Source: a virus
Length of the DNA: 62,023 bases
Virus record (IMG/VR): IMGVR_UViG_3300001687_001193
Direction: 5' to 3' (one strand)
Each line of letters opens with the position of its first letter. Position 1 is the first letter of the stretch. Position numbers and translations under genes: made by a program. Shown here one piece after another: positions 42,430 through 52,198 of the stretch. Below the pieces are notes generated by a model that saw only the letters and a list, made by a program, of their open reading frames with translations, made no database searches and had not been told where the DNA came from.

Positions 42430-45201
42430 ATGTTGGACAAGATACGCAAAGCCATAGAAAATAGGCTCAATAAGAAATATATCTCCAACCCAACATCTGA
42501 AGAAAACCTTTGGTCTTACATTGAAAAGACAGAGCGCGAGCTAGAAATCGCCGAAGGCGAACTTAGGGCTCTTAGAGAAAAAATAAAAGCGTTAGCCGAT
42601 CGAACTGGATTCCGTGGCATATTTCTAGAGTTTGTGGGGCCTCGCAGAGCGTTGGTGGCAATAGGTCCGCTTAAGGAAGAAGTGCTTATCACCCCGAATG
42701 TAGAAGAATCGCGGCTAAAAAAGGGCTGCGAAGTCTTAATTACCCTCGACGATAATGGTAAAATGTTGTCTGAGGATCGTGGACGCAGCGCATATGGCGG
42801 CAGAGTAGGCAAAATACATATGGTGTTAGACTCGGAACGAGTATTGATCGAGGAAGCTGGTCATATCGCTATGTTTATTCTAGCCGAAGGAGTGGAATGT
42901 CAAACTGGCGACGAGGTACGATACGATCCAATTTCTCAAGTAGTATTCGAAGTGATTGGAGAAAAGAGAGAATCGGCCTTCGCTTTGGCGGAACAACCTA
43001 AAACTACTTTCGACGATGTAAAAGGCTTGTGCGAAGAAAAAGAGTTTCTCAAAGAAAAGATAATATATCCTATAATTTACAGCGATAAGTTTGAAAAATA
43101 TGGGATTAAGCCCGCGAGAGGGATCTTGTTTCATGGTCCTCCTGGTTGTGGTAAAGCCCAACCCCTAGATAGTTTGGTGTTGACTCCCAACGGTTATGTA
43201 AAAATGGGAGACATTTTGCCTGGAAGTTTTGTCTCTACTCCAGACGGCAATAGTGCCAAAGTTCTGGAAACGTTTCCTCAAGGTGAAATAGAAATTTATA
43301 AAGTAAATTTTAGCGATGGAACATCAGCGGAGTGTTGTGAAAATCATTTATGGAAAATACGAAATAAATATGACATCGCAATGAAGCGACACGGCAGAGT
43401 AGTAAAACTTAAAGATATTATGTATAAGGTAAAACTTCCTTCAGGACGCAGGAAATATTCCATTCCGATGACAAAGCCGGTTAAATTTGTTAGACACAGC
43501 GTTCCACTTGATCCATATTTACTCGGGTGTTTACTTGGTGACGGTTCTTTTAGTAGCAAAAAGGTGGGTTTTACTACAATGGATCGTGAGATTATTGACA
43601 CTCTAACTCCGATTATACGTCGCCTGGGTTGTAAATTTACGAGACATGATAGATATAATTACGATATCGTAGAAATATTAAAACAGAGCGGCCCTGTTGG
43701 CCGCGCAGTAGAATCTATCACTGATAGCGGTGAAGTTATTACTTACGATTGTATCTCGTCTGCGGTGGCAGCTGGGTTTAGTAAACACGGAATATATAAA
43801 ACTTGTTCTGGGCGACAGCACACGCATGGGGGCAGAAGGTGGAGATTTTTACAGAAATTGGCTGCAGCACACCACCCAATAAAAAATGCGTTGCACCAAC
43901 TTTGCCTGTTTGGGACAAGATCTTCCGAGAAATTTGTGCCTCACGTCTATAAGATTAACTCTAGACAAATTAGACTTTCTCTATTAAGAGGATTAATGGA
44001 TACGGATGGGTGTGTCGACAAAAAGGGCATGACTGTATTTTTCTCCAGTACATCATATCAGTTAATAATGGATGTTAAATTTCTCGTGGAATCACTTGGT
44101 GGGAAAGCTAAAGTGGGTCGCCCACGCAAATCTAAGTATCGAAAGAACACTGGCGAAGTCGTAGAAACCGGCAATGTATCCCATAATCTTTTCATTTCCA
44201 TGCCACCCGACATAAACCCATTTCTGGTATCCCGAAAAAGGCTGCGCGTATGCCCCAAAACCAAGTATCCACCGACGAGATATATAGAAGAAATATGTTA
44301 TGTGGGCAAAAAGAAAGCGCAGTGCATATTAATAGACCATCCAGATCATTTATATATAACAAATGATTTCATTGTTACACATAACACATATCTAGGAGAA
44401 GCGGTATTCAACGAGTCCATGAAAATCAGGGGTGGAAAAACTGCCGGCAAGGGTTTTTTCCTGGTGAATGGACCAGAAATATTATCAAAATGGGCCGGCA
44501 ACACTGAACTAGCCATAAGAGAGGTGTTCGAGGCGGCACGACGAGAAGCTAATACCTCCGGATTTCCATCGGTTATATTCTGGGACGAAGTAGACAGCGT
44601 GGCTGGGAGGAGAAAAGATGTTGATACATTTACTCCAGAAAAGACTGTTGTTCCCACATTGTTGTCCGAAATACACGGAATTAACAACACGAACAATGTT
44701 ATTTTTATCGGAGCGACCAATATGCCTAATTTAATTGACCCAGCCTTAATGCGCCCTGGGAGACTTGGAGACGCGATTATAGAAATCCCGAGGCCCGAAA
44801 GTAATGCCGCAATGGACATTTTAGATAAGGAGTTCAACCGTGAGAGTCTCCCAGCAGCCCTTACAGCTCTTTTAAAAGAAGGCCTGACTCAACGGATAGT
44901 TGACCATTGTTATGCGAACACCAAACCTCTTGCATATGCGAGCAGGAAAAGTGGTGCTAAGCAACCACTAATGAGACAGGAATTGGTGAGCGGTGCACTA
45001 TTCGCCCAGATTGGGGAGGATTTGGTGCGTAGAGCCTGCATGGCAGAGATAGATGAATCTAGGCCACCCACAATTGAAGATGCTATAGACATGGTAGATA
45101 ACATATTATTGACACAGATTGGAGTGTTGGATGCTGGCGTGAAAAGTGGTTTTACTATCGATACTTCTGACTACGTTGTCGATGTATCATTAGATGGGTA
45201 A
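42430..45201 (+). CDS. AAA+ ATPase of the proteasome-activating (PAN/ARC/Rpt/Cdc48-like) type, interrupted by an intein in the Walker A motif
   Basis: N-terminal coiled coil. Walker A GPPGCGK|...|T is split by the insert, then Walker B VIFWDEVD and the SRH ATNMPNLIDPALMRPGRLGDAIIEIPRP follow. The extein is about 513 aa. Confidence 0.75.
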   Translation: MLDKIRKAIENRLNKKYISNPTSEENLWSYIEKTERELEIAEGELRALREKIKALADRTGFRGIFLEFVGPRRALVAIGPLKEEVLITPNVEESRLKKGCEVLITLDDNGKMLSEDRGRSAYGGRVGKIHMVLDSERVLIEEAGHIAMFILAEGVECQTGDEVRYDPISQVVFEVIGEKRESAFALAEQPKTTFDDVKGLCEEKEFLKEKIIYPIIYSDKFEKYGIKPARGILFHGPPGCGKAQPLDSLVLTPNGYVKMGDILPGSFVSTPDGNSAKVLETFPQGEIEIYKVNFSDGTSAECCENHLWKIRNKYDIAMKRHGRVVKLKDIMYKVKLPSGRRKYSIPMTKPVKFVRHSVPLDPYLLGCLLGDGSFSSKKVGFTTMDREIIDTLTPIIRRLGCKFTRHDRYNYDIVEILKQSGPVGRAVESITDSGEVITYDCISSAVAAGFSKHGIYKTCSGRQHTHGGRRWRFLQKLAAAHHPIKNALHQLCLFGTRSSEKFVPHVYKINSRQIRLSLLRGLMDTDGCVDKKGMTVFFSSTSYQLIMDVKFLVESLGGKAKVGRPRKSKYRKNTGEVVETGNVSHNLFISMPPDINPFLVSRKRLRVCPKTKYPPTRYIEEICYVGKKKAQCILIDHPDHLYITNDFIVTHNTYLGEAVFNESMKIRGGKTAGKGFFLVNGPEILSKWAGNTELAIREVFEAARREANTSGFPSVIFWDEVDSVAGRRKDVDTFTPEKTVVPTLLSEIHGINNTNNVIFIGATNMPNLIDPALMRPGRLGDAIIEIPRPESNAAMDILDKEFNRESLPAALTALLKEGLTQRIVDHCYANTKPLAYASRKSGAKQPLMRQELVSGALFAQIGEDLVRRACMAEIDESRPPTIEDAIDMVDNILLTQIGVLDAGVKSGFTIDTSDYVVDVSLDG
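43156..44385 (+). other. intein (410 aa) with LAGLIDADG homing-endonuclease domain, inserted between K242 and T653 of the P-loop
   Basis: Begins AQPLDSLVLTPNGYVKMGDI (block-A-like), contains LLGCLLGDGSF and LLRGLMDTDGCV (two LAGLIDADG motifs), ends IVTHN followed by Thr +1. Joining the exteins restores GPPGCGKT. Confidence 0.7.
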
Positions 45202-45204
45202 TAG

Positions 45205-45405
45205 ATGGAAGAAAAGGCAGAGTATAGACTATTTATTAAGGTTCCTGAAGAAGAGCCAAAGCATATAAAGAGGGTAGATTGGGCGTGTGTCATGTGTGGA
45301 ACTCAATATTATATATATCTCGTTACTGATGGAGATATATGTCTTACTTGCCCCAATTGCGGCCTTTATCAAGAAATTACGGGGCCTTGGGTCATTTGGA
45401 ATTAG
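45205..45405 (+). CDS. small zinc-ribbon protein
   Basis: CVMCG...CPNCG. Confidence 0.4.
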   Translation: MEEKAEYRLFIKVPEEEPKHIKRVDWACVMCGTQYYIYLVTDGDICLTCPNCGLYQEITGPWVIWN

Positions 45406-45416
45406 GAGAGAAACGG

Positions 45417-45773
45417 ATGTCGGATGACTATTATGAATCAATAGAGATTGTGTATCCGAAGAAGGGAAAGCATGAGAAGAAATCACAGCGCGGAAAGAAA
45501 GTGAAGCCTGTGAGAAAGGTATACCACGTAGTATGTAGTAAGCTTAAAGTCAAAAAGGATGGAATGGCTACACACAAAAACGTGTGGAAGGTCAAACTCG
45601 CAGGAAAATCTACCGTGGCAAACGGTGTATTTTCCAAAAAAAGCGATGCTATAGCCCGTGCCAAGGAATTAGGAAAGAAGGCGAAGCTCGGACAAGTCGT
45701 GGTTCATGGCGTAGATGGCAAAATACAGACAGAATATACGTATGGTAACGATCCTAGAGATATAAAGGGTTAG
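45417..45773 (+). CDS. Lys-rich basic protein (possible nucleic-acid binding)
   Basis: GGAGAGAAACGG then ATG; more than 25 percent Lys/Arg. Confidence 0.4.
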   Translation: MSDDYYESIEIVYPKKGKHEKKSQRGKKVKPVRKVYHVVCSKLKVKKDGMATHKNVWKVKLAGKSTVANGVFSKKSDAIARAKELGKKAKLGQVVVHGVDGKIQTEYTYGNDPRDIKG

Positions 45774-46241
45774 ATGAACATATTTGTATTGGATACTGAT
45801 CAAGAGAAGGCGGCGCATTATCACGTAGATAAACACGTTGTGAAGATGCCACTCGAAACGGCACAGCTTTTATGCACTGTACATCACCTATCCGGTACCA
45901 AATCGGACATGATACCATACCGTGCGACTCATAAAAACCACCCAAGCACCAAATGGGCGGCTGAATCTCTATCTAATTATAAATGGTTGGTAGAACTAGG
46001 TATTCGAATATGTGAAGAATACACGTATAGATATGAGAAAGTTCATAAATGTGAAGAGGTTGTACGCTGGTGCGAAAAAAATATTCCAGACATACCTGAC
46101 AGCGGGCTAACATCATTTGCACAAGCGATGCCAGATGAGTGCAAAAGAGCAGACGCAGTCGAAGCATACAGGGAATACTATAAGAAATCTAAAAGCCATC
46201 TGTTTAGTTGGAGAAAGCGAGGAAAACCATCATGGCTTTAA
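45774..46241 (+). CDS. hypothetical protein
   Basis: 155-aa ORF; ATGA overlap. Confidence 0.4.
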   Translation: MNIFVLDTDQEKAAHYHVDKHVVKMPLETAQLLCTVHHLSGTKSDMIPYRATHKNHPSTKWAAESLSNYKWLVELGIRICEEYTYRYEKVHKCEEVVRWCEKNIPDIPDSGLTSFAQAMPDECKRADAVEAYREYYKKSKSHLFSWRKRGKPSWL

Positions 46242-46333
46242 TCGACAAAGGAAAGATTATTCGTTGTTTAAGAAATCTTAGAAAATCGTTTTGGCTAAAG
46301 CATAACACGTAGGTTTTCCCAGAGTTCGAGTTT

Positions 46334-46885
46334 GTGCGCGACGACAGGGGTGCTCCCGAACATGCGCTTAAAAACGGGAAAAAATGGCCAGAGTCGCAGT
46401 ACACAAAGGCATTTCAATTCGGAAGTGGCATATTTTGGCCATCCAGATTCGATATGGTGTCGAATCATAAAACTTTACTACACGAGGAGAAACAGATGCA
46501 AATTCTTAATTCTGGTACCAAGCCATTACTAGTTATCCATGCCGACATCAATATGACCTGCATTTTATATAATACCGATGGTAGTTGCGAACCAATGCCA
46601 TTGTTCCATAAAAGATTGTGGAATCATCTTCCAGCAAGTCTAGTTGGAGAATACTATCATTGGCGCAAAGAAGGGGTTGACGCCGGGATGGCCAATATGG
46701 ATGGGAATACTAGCGCCCAGTATAGCGATACCAAGGATTGGGTGGAATACTATACTAGAGGTGGACTATTATCTTTGCGCGTAGAAGAAGAATTTAAGAA
46801 AACTCATTTAAATTGGGACGTAGAATACCGTTTCGATGACTCATTTTATTGGAACAAAAAACATAGAAAGGTGTATACTAAATGA
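46334..46885 (+). CDS. hypothetical protein (start uncertain)
   Basis: 183-aa ORF. Confidence 0.3.
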   Translation: MRDDRGAPEHALKNGKKWPESQYTKAFQFGSGIFWPSRFDMVSNHKTLLHEEKQMQILNSGTKPLLVIHADINMTCILYNTDGSCEPMPLFHKRLWNHLPASLVGEYYHWRKEGVDAGMANMDGNTSAQYSDTKDWVEYYTRGGLLSLRVEEEFKKTHLNWDVEYRFDDSFYWNKKHRKVYTK

Positions 46886-47169
46886 AAAAATCTAGAAAAA
46901 CGCTTTACGAAGCTAGGCACTACGCTATTGATTGTGAAAAAAATGATCCTGTAGATATTCGATGTGGCGGGCCTTTGATGCTCGGGTTTGACTTTTATAT
47001 AGATGCTAGTTTGCCTGAAAAAGAGGTGATAGGTTGGCTACGGAAAGCTCTCATAGAAGCGGGACACAATTGTTCGAGAATTGGGGCATTGGGTCTAAGG
47101 TATATACCGAAGAAAGATCTATGGACGCAGAAGAAAATATGGGCATGTATGCTTGGGACTGATTTCTAA
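46882..47169 (+). CDS. hypothetical protein
   Basis: 95-aa ORF; ATGA overlap. Confidence 0.35.
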   Translation: MKKSRKTLYEARHYAIDCEKNDPVDIRCGGPLMLGFDFYIDASLPEKEVIGWLRKALIEAGHNCSRIGALGLRYIPKKDLWTQKKIWACMLGTDF

Positions 47170-47185
47170 TGAAAGGGGAAATCAA

Positions 47186-47785
47186 ATGTACCGCACTCGC
47201 GTTGTTGACCCGTTAATCAGGAGTCAAATGGCTAATGCTTGCGATATACTTCACGATTGGAAGAAATTCAAACCAATAATTGCTGGTGGCAGTCTGTGGT
47301 CTTGGGCAGCTGGCAAGCCGGCAAGAGATATAGACATATTTATCAAAAGTACGTGGAGGGCTCGTAGAAAAGCAAGATCGCTCGTTACTGATAAATCAGA
47401 TGCTGGCCTAAAAGTGCAAATAATTAAGAATGGCTATTTTGGTGAAATCGAAGTAATACGTAAGCTAAAAAACACAGTCTATACGGCAGTAATGCCAGAT
47501 GGTACTCCGGTAGACATTATTCTCTCCTCAGTTGGTGGGACAAAAGTATTACAATATTTTGACTATAGACATTGTGCAGTTGCTTTTTGCCCGCCATGTA
47601 CAACTGATTTAACTGGCGCTAGAAGTTATACGGCGGGAGAGTTAGAAATGCTACATAAAAAGGCTCGCAGCAAAGAAATGATAATTTCTAAAATACAAAG
47701 AGGCTTGTGGGGTAGTGTAGACGCGAAGGAAGAATTAGTTAGAGTTATTCACGAACTAAAGGATATTTATCTTAACAAGGAGTAG
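47186..47785 (+). CDS. Pol-beta-superfamily minimal nucleotidyltransferase (paralog A)
   Basis: AAGGGG RBS; IIAGGSLWSWAAGKPARDIDIFI fits the GS x9-13 DxD motif; YFDYRHC is shared with paralog B. Confidence 0.45.
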   Translation: MYRTRVVDPLIRSQMANACDILHDWKKFKPIIAGGSLWSWAAGKPARDIDIFIKSTWRARRKARSLVTDKSDAGLKVQIIKNGYFGEIEVIRKLKNTVYTAVMPDGTPVDIILSSVGGTKVLQYFDYRHCAVAFCPPCTTDLTGARSYTAGELEMLHKKARSKEMIISKIQRGLWGSVDAKEELVRVIHELKDIYLNKE

Positions 47786-47786
47786 T

Positions 47787-48221
47787 ATGAAGATTGGGAC
47801 GAAGGCAAGGCCGGCGATTAGCAGGTTTTGCCTGGAAGTTGGTTGGCCGTATCCAAAAATTATCGCGACCGGTGACAACCTTCGCGTGTATACTTGGCCT
47901 GACGAGCCATTTTTCTTAGAAATTGGGTGCAATGGGGCTCGGAAATTATATGCTCTAATTGTTGAAAATTTCGACGACCTTGACGACAATATACTCCCAG
48001 ACTGTTTCACTGACTGCGACAATCAATGGGGATTTACTCACATTTTGTTTAGTTCCTTAATGCGTTGGGAGAGTGCAATAAGAAGCTGGGATCGAGATGG
48101 GAGATTGATGGGCGAAGAGTTTAGTTCCTTAATGCGTTGGGAGAGTCCGCCCGAAACTGTAGAATTGCTTCCAAAGACCGTTAGGCAGACAGAGACCCCA
48201 GTGACTAGTCAAACTGGGTAA
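47787..48221 (+). CDS. hypothetical protein containing an in-frame 28-bp tandem-spaced duplication
   Basis: FSSLMRWES is encoded twice, 72 nt apart. Confidence 0.4.
   Translation: MKIGTKARPAISRFCLEVGWPYPKIIATGDNLRVYTWPDEPFFLEIGCNGARKLYALIVENFDDLDDNILPDCFTDCDNQWGFTHILFSSLMRWESAIRSWDRDGRLMGEEFSSLMRWESPPETVELLPKTVRQTETPVTSQTG
48047..48146 (+). repeat. two perfect 28-bp direct repeats (48047-48074 and 48119-48146) inside gene 47787-48221
   Basis: GTTTAGTTCCTTAATGCGTTGGGAGAGT appears twice. Confidence 0.7.
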
Positions 48222-48375
48222 ATACGGAGATAAGATGACTCGCGACCAGAATATTCTGAGAGTCGCAAAAACAAGGATCTTCCGACAGAGGAGAGCTGGT
48301 AACTAAACCCTCCGCAGTGCGACTGCGAATAAAGGCCACAGACTGGCCCACTGTGTACACATCATTGTAATTTTA

Positions 48376-48448
48376 CGGGCCTTCTGCTCCCATCGTCTAA
48401 AGGCCTAGGATCTCTGATTCTCGATCAGAGGATGCCGGTTCAAGTCCG
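48376..48448 (+). tRNA. tRNA-Glu(CTC)
   Basis: Acceptor GCTCCCA/TGGGAGT (1 GU), anticodon stem TCTGA/TCAGA, loop TTCTCGA, T-arm GCCGG-TTCAAGT-CCGGC. Confidence 0.6.
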
Positions 48449-48465
48449 GCTGGGAGTACTTTAAT

Positions 48466-48699
48466 ATGCATGAACTATATAAGGGAATGTACGTCACTCT
48501 TACCGAAGTGACGTCTAGGGGAAAAGAAAGGATAGCCAAATACGGCACAGAGTGGGTTATCACGTGCTTCGTTACGGGTGGAATGATGTGCCGCCCTATT
48601 CGTGGACTATTCGATTGTTTTTTTCGGTACGAGCAAAATAAAGATGTAGAAATTAATGAGCTACGCCAAGCAGATGTACTCGGGAAGGTGAAAACTTGA
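48466..48699 (+). CDS. hypothetical protein
   Basis: 77-aa ORF. Confidence 0.35.
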   Translation: MHELYKGMYVTLTEVTSRGKERIAKYGTEWVITCFVTGGMMCRPIRGLFDCFFRYEQNKDVEINELRQADVLGKVKT

Positions 48700-49634
48700 A
48701 AGCTAGAACAATTAAAGTAATACTCAGGGATAAAGTCGATAGTTGGTTGAAATCAATAAATGACGAAAAGTTAAGAGAAGACATCCGTAACAATTGCATT
48801 GTGACCGGTGGGGCTATAGCCTCCATGTTGTTAGGCGAGGATGTAAATGACTATGATATTTATTTCACTAATAAAGAGGTCACTAAACGTGTCGCCGAAC
48901 ACTACGTAAAGGAGTTTCTAAAGAATCCGCCTTCTAAATTCAAGGATGATGGTAAAGTCGTGCCGATATCAGTGGTCGAAGACGGCGACAGGGTTAAGAT
49001 TCTGGTGAAATCACAGGGGGTTGCGTCGGACACAGGTACAGATGAATACCAATACTTCGAAACCACTGATATGAATGATCCGTCGTCAGATACGTTCATT
49101 TCGCACGTTACCACTGTGTTAAGGGCCAATGACCGGCAAACATCTAAGGAAGACAGTAAGTATATCCCAGTTTTTATATCCAGCAATGCCATAACACTGT
49201 CTGGGGCAATACAACTGGTGATTAGGTTTTATGGCTCTCCAGATAAAATTCACGAGAATTACGATTTCGTGCATTGTACAAATTATTGGGTAAGTAGAAC
49301 GAATGAACTGGTGCTTAGACCAAAAGCACTTGAGGCGTTACTCACAAAGGAGTTAGTCTATATTGGTTCCAAGTACCCGCTCGCAAGTATTATTAGGACG
49401 CGCAAATTTATAGAGCGTGGATTTACCTGTAATGCGGGACAGTACTTGAAAATGTGTTGGCAAGTCTCGGAACTCGATCTCAGCGATATTAACGTACTGG
49501 AAGACCAGCTAATAGGCGTTGACACCGCATATTTCATGGTCTTAGTTGACGCTCTAAAGGCTTATCAGAATAAGAACTTCCACACAGACTATAATTATTC
49601 ATATGTTGTAGAACTCATAGACAAGATATTTTGA
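48696..49634 (+). CDS. Pol-beta-superfamily nucleotidyltransferase (paralog B, 312 aa)
   Basis: IVTGGAIASMLLGEDVNDYDIYF fits the GS x9-13 DxD motif; NYDFVHC is shared with paralog A. Confidence 0.45.
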   Translation: MKARTIKVILRDKVDSWLKSINDEKLREDIRNNCIVTGGAIASMLLGEDVNDYDIYFTNKEVTKRVAEHYVKEFLKNPPSKFKDDGKVVPISVVEDGDRVKILVKSQGVASDTGTDEYQYFETTDMNDPSSDTFISHVTTVLRANDRQTSKEDSKYIPVFISSNAITLSGAIQLVIRFYGSPDKIHENYDFVHCTNYWVSRTNELVLRPKALEALLTKELVYIGSKYPLASIIRTRKFIERGFTCNAGQYLKMCWQVSELDLSDINVLEDQLIGVDTAYFMVLVDALKAYQNKNFHTDYNYSYVVELIDKIF

Positions 49635-49861
49635 AACATCGGGGAAAACGAATGAAAGTTCTTAATGCAACTAAAAAATCAGATATCGTGGCTGGGGCTC
49701 TCTTCGATTTCTGCGGCCGGCTCTCGACAATGGCTCGTACCTTGAAAGTTGGCTCTTCCGAAGACCCGTCAGAATTGCTTGCGATCTTAAGGAAATGGGC
49801 CGAGCAACGCGGTTTAGACATTAACCACGCCGACGTCCAAGATTGGGAAAAGAAAATATGA
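49631..49861 (+). CDS. hypothetical protein
   Basis: 76-aa ORF. Confidence 0.3.
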   Translation: MKHRGKRMKVLNATKKSDIVAGALFDFCGRLSTMARTLKVGSSEDPSELLAILRKWAEQRGLDINHADVQDWEKKI

Positions 49862-50190
49862 AACAGAGACTTGGATTTATTAGCAACAGTAGCTCCAGTA
49901 GCTTTGTAGTTGGGCCATCTGATCTCGAACATTTAGCACTTTATAGCATTAAGTGCTACAATGTCAAAGATATAATCGACTCTATAGCTTATGTGAAAAA
50001 TGCTATAAAAGAGATGGAAGAAGACATGCCGGTCTTTATATGGCAGGAATTCAGTTGGCTTGGCAGACACTATGATGATCTCATCTGCCTAGAAGAAAGA
50101 AGGCCTGGATGCTATATAACAGAAGAATTCGATAGAGACGAAGCCTACAGTGAAGGATTCACATACGAAATTTTCGAGACGGATCTATGA
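49858..50190 (+). CDS. small acidic protein with N-terminal GFISNSSSSSF tag (SNSS-tag family member 3)
   Basis: ATG at 49858 gives MKQRLGFISNSSSSSFV. Confidence 0.5.
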   Translation: MKQRLGFISNSSSSSFVVGPSDLEHLALYSIKCYNVKDIIDSIAYVKNAIKEMEEDMPVFIWQEFSWLGRHYDDLICLEERRPGCYITEEFDRDEAYSEGFTYEIFETDL

Positions 50191-50978
50191 GTAACAAGTC
50201 AATCAGGGCACAAGTGGAAAAAGAGTTCGCTGACCGAAAACACAGAAAAGGGCAAGACGAAGTGGAAGTATCGCCCTCTGGCCGACACACATTGTTAATT
50301 AGGCGTTATGAAACCAAGAAGGGGTGCTGGGACTATTCCCGTGGCACAGTGTATAAAACTTCCAGTGGAGCAGAAGTCTGCGACATTAAAAGAAATTATC
50401 TCACTTTTCACCATTCATTTGTCCAGAGGGAAGGCGAAGAGTGGCTGATAACTGGACGATCTTACATGAGCCAGACCATGGTGAACTTGGATACGGGGGA
50501 GGAGTTTGAACCGTCGGATGACCACTATTACGGGGCCGCTTTTTGTTGGGCAGACTGTGTACTCAGCATGGATGAAAAGACTTTGGTAGTAGATGGTTGT
50601 CACTGGGCTGCTCCATATGAATATAGATTTTTCGATTTCACTGATCCGTCTGAGGGATGGCCCGAGCTTGATATAGAGCCAGCACAAAGAATTGAATCGA
50701 CCGGCGAATGCGGCCCTGAATGGATGGAAGACGGTACGGTGGTATGTTATAAGTCAGATGAGTATTATCTTCCACTAGGCAAATTTGACGCTGACATTTC
50801 ATGGGAAGAAGCAGAAGAAATAGGTGATCCGTACGACGACCCAGACAATTGGGTTTATGTTCCACAAATAAAAGTTACGTTGCGCAGGCAATTCAACAAA
50901 ATGATTGTCGTCAGCACATGGTTATCTGATAGGATGACCAAAAGATTGGAAGATGCACGTGCATGGAAAGGAAAATAG
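50187..50978 (+). CDS. hypothetical protein
   Basis: 263-aa ORF; ATGA overlap. Confidence 0.4.
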   Translation: MSNKSIRAQVEKEFADRKHRKGQDEVEVSPSGRHTLLIRRYETKKGCWDYSRGTVYKTSSGAEVCDIKRNYLTFHHSFVQREGEEWLITGRSYMSQTMVNLDTGEEFEPSDDHYYGAAFCWADCVLSMDEKTLVVDGCHWAAPYEYRFFDFTDPSEGWPELDIEPAQRIESTGECGPEWMEDGTVVCYKSDEYYLPLGKFDADISWEEAEEIGDPYDDPDNWVYVPQIKVTLRRQFNKMIVVSTWLSDRMTKRLEDARAWKGK

Positions 50979-50979
50979 T

Positions 50980-51243
50980 ATGTTGCCAAGAGAAATTCAT
51001 AAACAGAGGATGAATCAGCTACGTGAGAAGTCAGGCAAAGTCATTTCAAAGGATCCGCTGGTCAGTTTTCTATACGAATTGATGCGAGACCATTTGCCAG
51101 CTGGTACCGTAGAAACGCTAATAAACGGGACTCTTTGGCCGGGAAGTGAAGAAGTATTATTTACGAACGGATTTTTGGCTCGCTACGCCGAGAATCTAGC
51201 GGAAATATTGAGGTCTAAAGACCACATGTTAAGAAAGGGTTAG
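50980..51243 (+). CDS. hypothetical protein
   Basis: Internal ATG after the upstream stop. Confidence 0.35.
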   Translation: MLPREIHKQRMNQLREKSGKVISKDPLVSFLYELMRDHLPAGTVETLINGTLWPGSEEVLFTNGFLARYAENLAEILRSKDHMLRKG

Positions 51244-51247
51244 TGAG

Positions 51248-51766
51248 ATGGCCACAGAAATAGAACGTAGATTTTTGGTAAACTCGGATGATTGGAAAAA
51301 AGAAGTCAAATACGTGTCTCCTGAAGAATGCACGCCGTTCACGGAATGGGACGGGTCTGACGTTATACAAGCATATTTCCGCACCGAGAACGAGGCAATT
51401 AGAATACGTATTGTGTATGGAAGTTCCGCTCACTTATGTATTAAAATACCTGTAGGTCCGGCGGAGCGAGATGAGTTCGAGTATCTTATCCCACTAGAAG
51501 ATGCTCAAGATATGATTGGCTGTGGGAAAGTAGATATAATAGTTAAGAGGAGATTCCGTATAATCCATCATGGTTTGGAGTGGATCGTTGACGAATTTTT
51601 AGGCAGAAATAATGGACTTGTAATAGCCGAGGTAGAGCTTTCGCGTGTCGACCAAAAAATTGATATGCCTGGTTGGTTGGGTCGGGAGATTACTCATAAT
51701 AGAAGATACTCGAACATGAGCTTAGCCAGGTTCCCTATTAATGGCTGGGATGATTTATACGATTGA
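51248..51766 (+). CDS. CYTH-domain triphosphate tunnel metalloenzyme (CyaB / inorganic triphosphatase-like)
   Basis: N-terminal EIERRFLV is the CYTH EXEXK signature start; size and Glu/Arg pattern fit. Confidence 0.55.
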   Translation: MATEIERRFLVNSDDWKKEVKYVSPEECTPFTEWDGSDVIQAYFRTENEAIRIRIVYGSSAHLCIKIPVGPAERDEFEYLIPLEDAQDMIGCGKVDIIVKRRFRIIHHGLEWIVDEFLGRNNGLVIAEVELSRVDQKIDMPGWLGREITHNRRYSNMSLARFPINGWDDLYD

Positions 51767-51773
51767 GAACACT

Positions 51774-51848
51774 AGAGAGCGTATCGGATAACTGTCGTCG
51801 GGATGGATCCAACTCGTGCGACACCAGGTTCGAGTCCTGGGCTCTTTG
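51774..51848 (+). other. tRNA-like element with canonical acceptor and T-arm but no foldable anticodon arm
   Basis: Acceptor AGAGAGC/GCTCTTT, T-arm CCAGG-TTCGAGT-CCTGG; an exhaustive hand search of the 43-nt core found no 5-bp stem with a 7-nt loop. Confidence 0.3.
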
Positions 51849-51877
51849 CCGCGTAAAGCGAGAAAGGAAGAAAAACA

Positions 51878-52198
51878 ATGTATTGGTCTAGTAGTGGATG
51901 GCTTGCCCCATATGATGGGGAAGTAGAAACGATAAGATTGCGAGTACACCCGTTAAAGGCCGAAAGGGGTCCGTTTGGCTATACTAAGTGTGCAGATGGA
52001 AAGGACTGGGACTTCAATGGGTATATAGATGGATGCGTACTAGCGCGCAGAATTGTATTGGGGTATGATCCATGGTATTCGAACGTCACAAATACTGTGC
52101 CATGCGGAACTAGAGAATGGCGTCCGTATAAAGTAGAAATCGTAGGAGATGAAGATGTGCAATCATACGTGGATAGCGGTGCAGAGGTGGACGACTAG
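51878..52198 (+). CDS. hypothetical protein
   Basis: 106-aa ORF. Confidence 0.35.
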   Translation: MYWSSSGWLAPYDGEVETIRLRVHPLKAERGPFGYTKCADGKDWDFNGYIDGCVLARRIVLGYDPWYSNVTNTVPCGTREWRPYKVEIVGDEDVQSYVDSGAEVDD

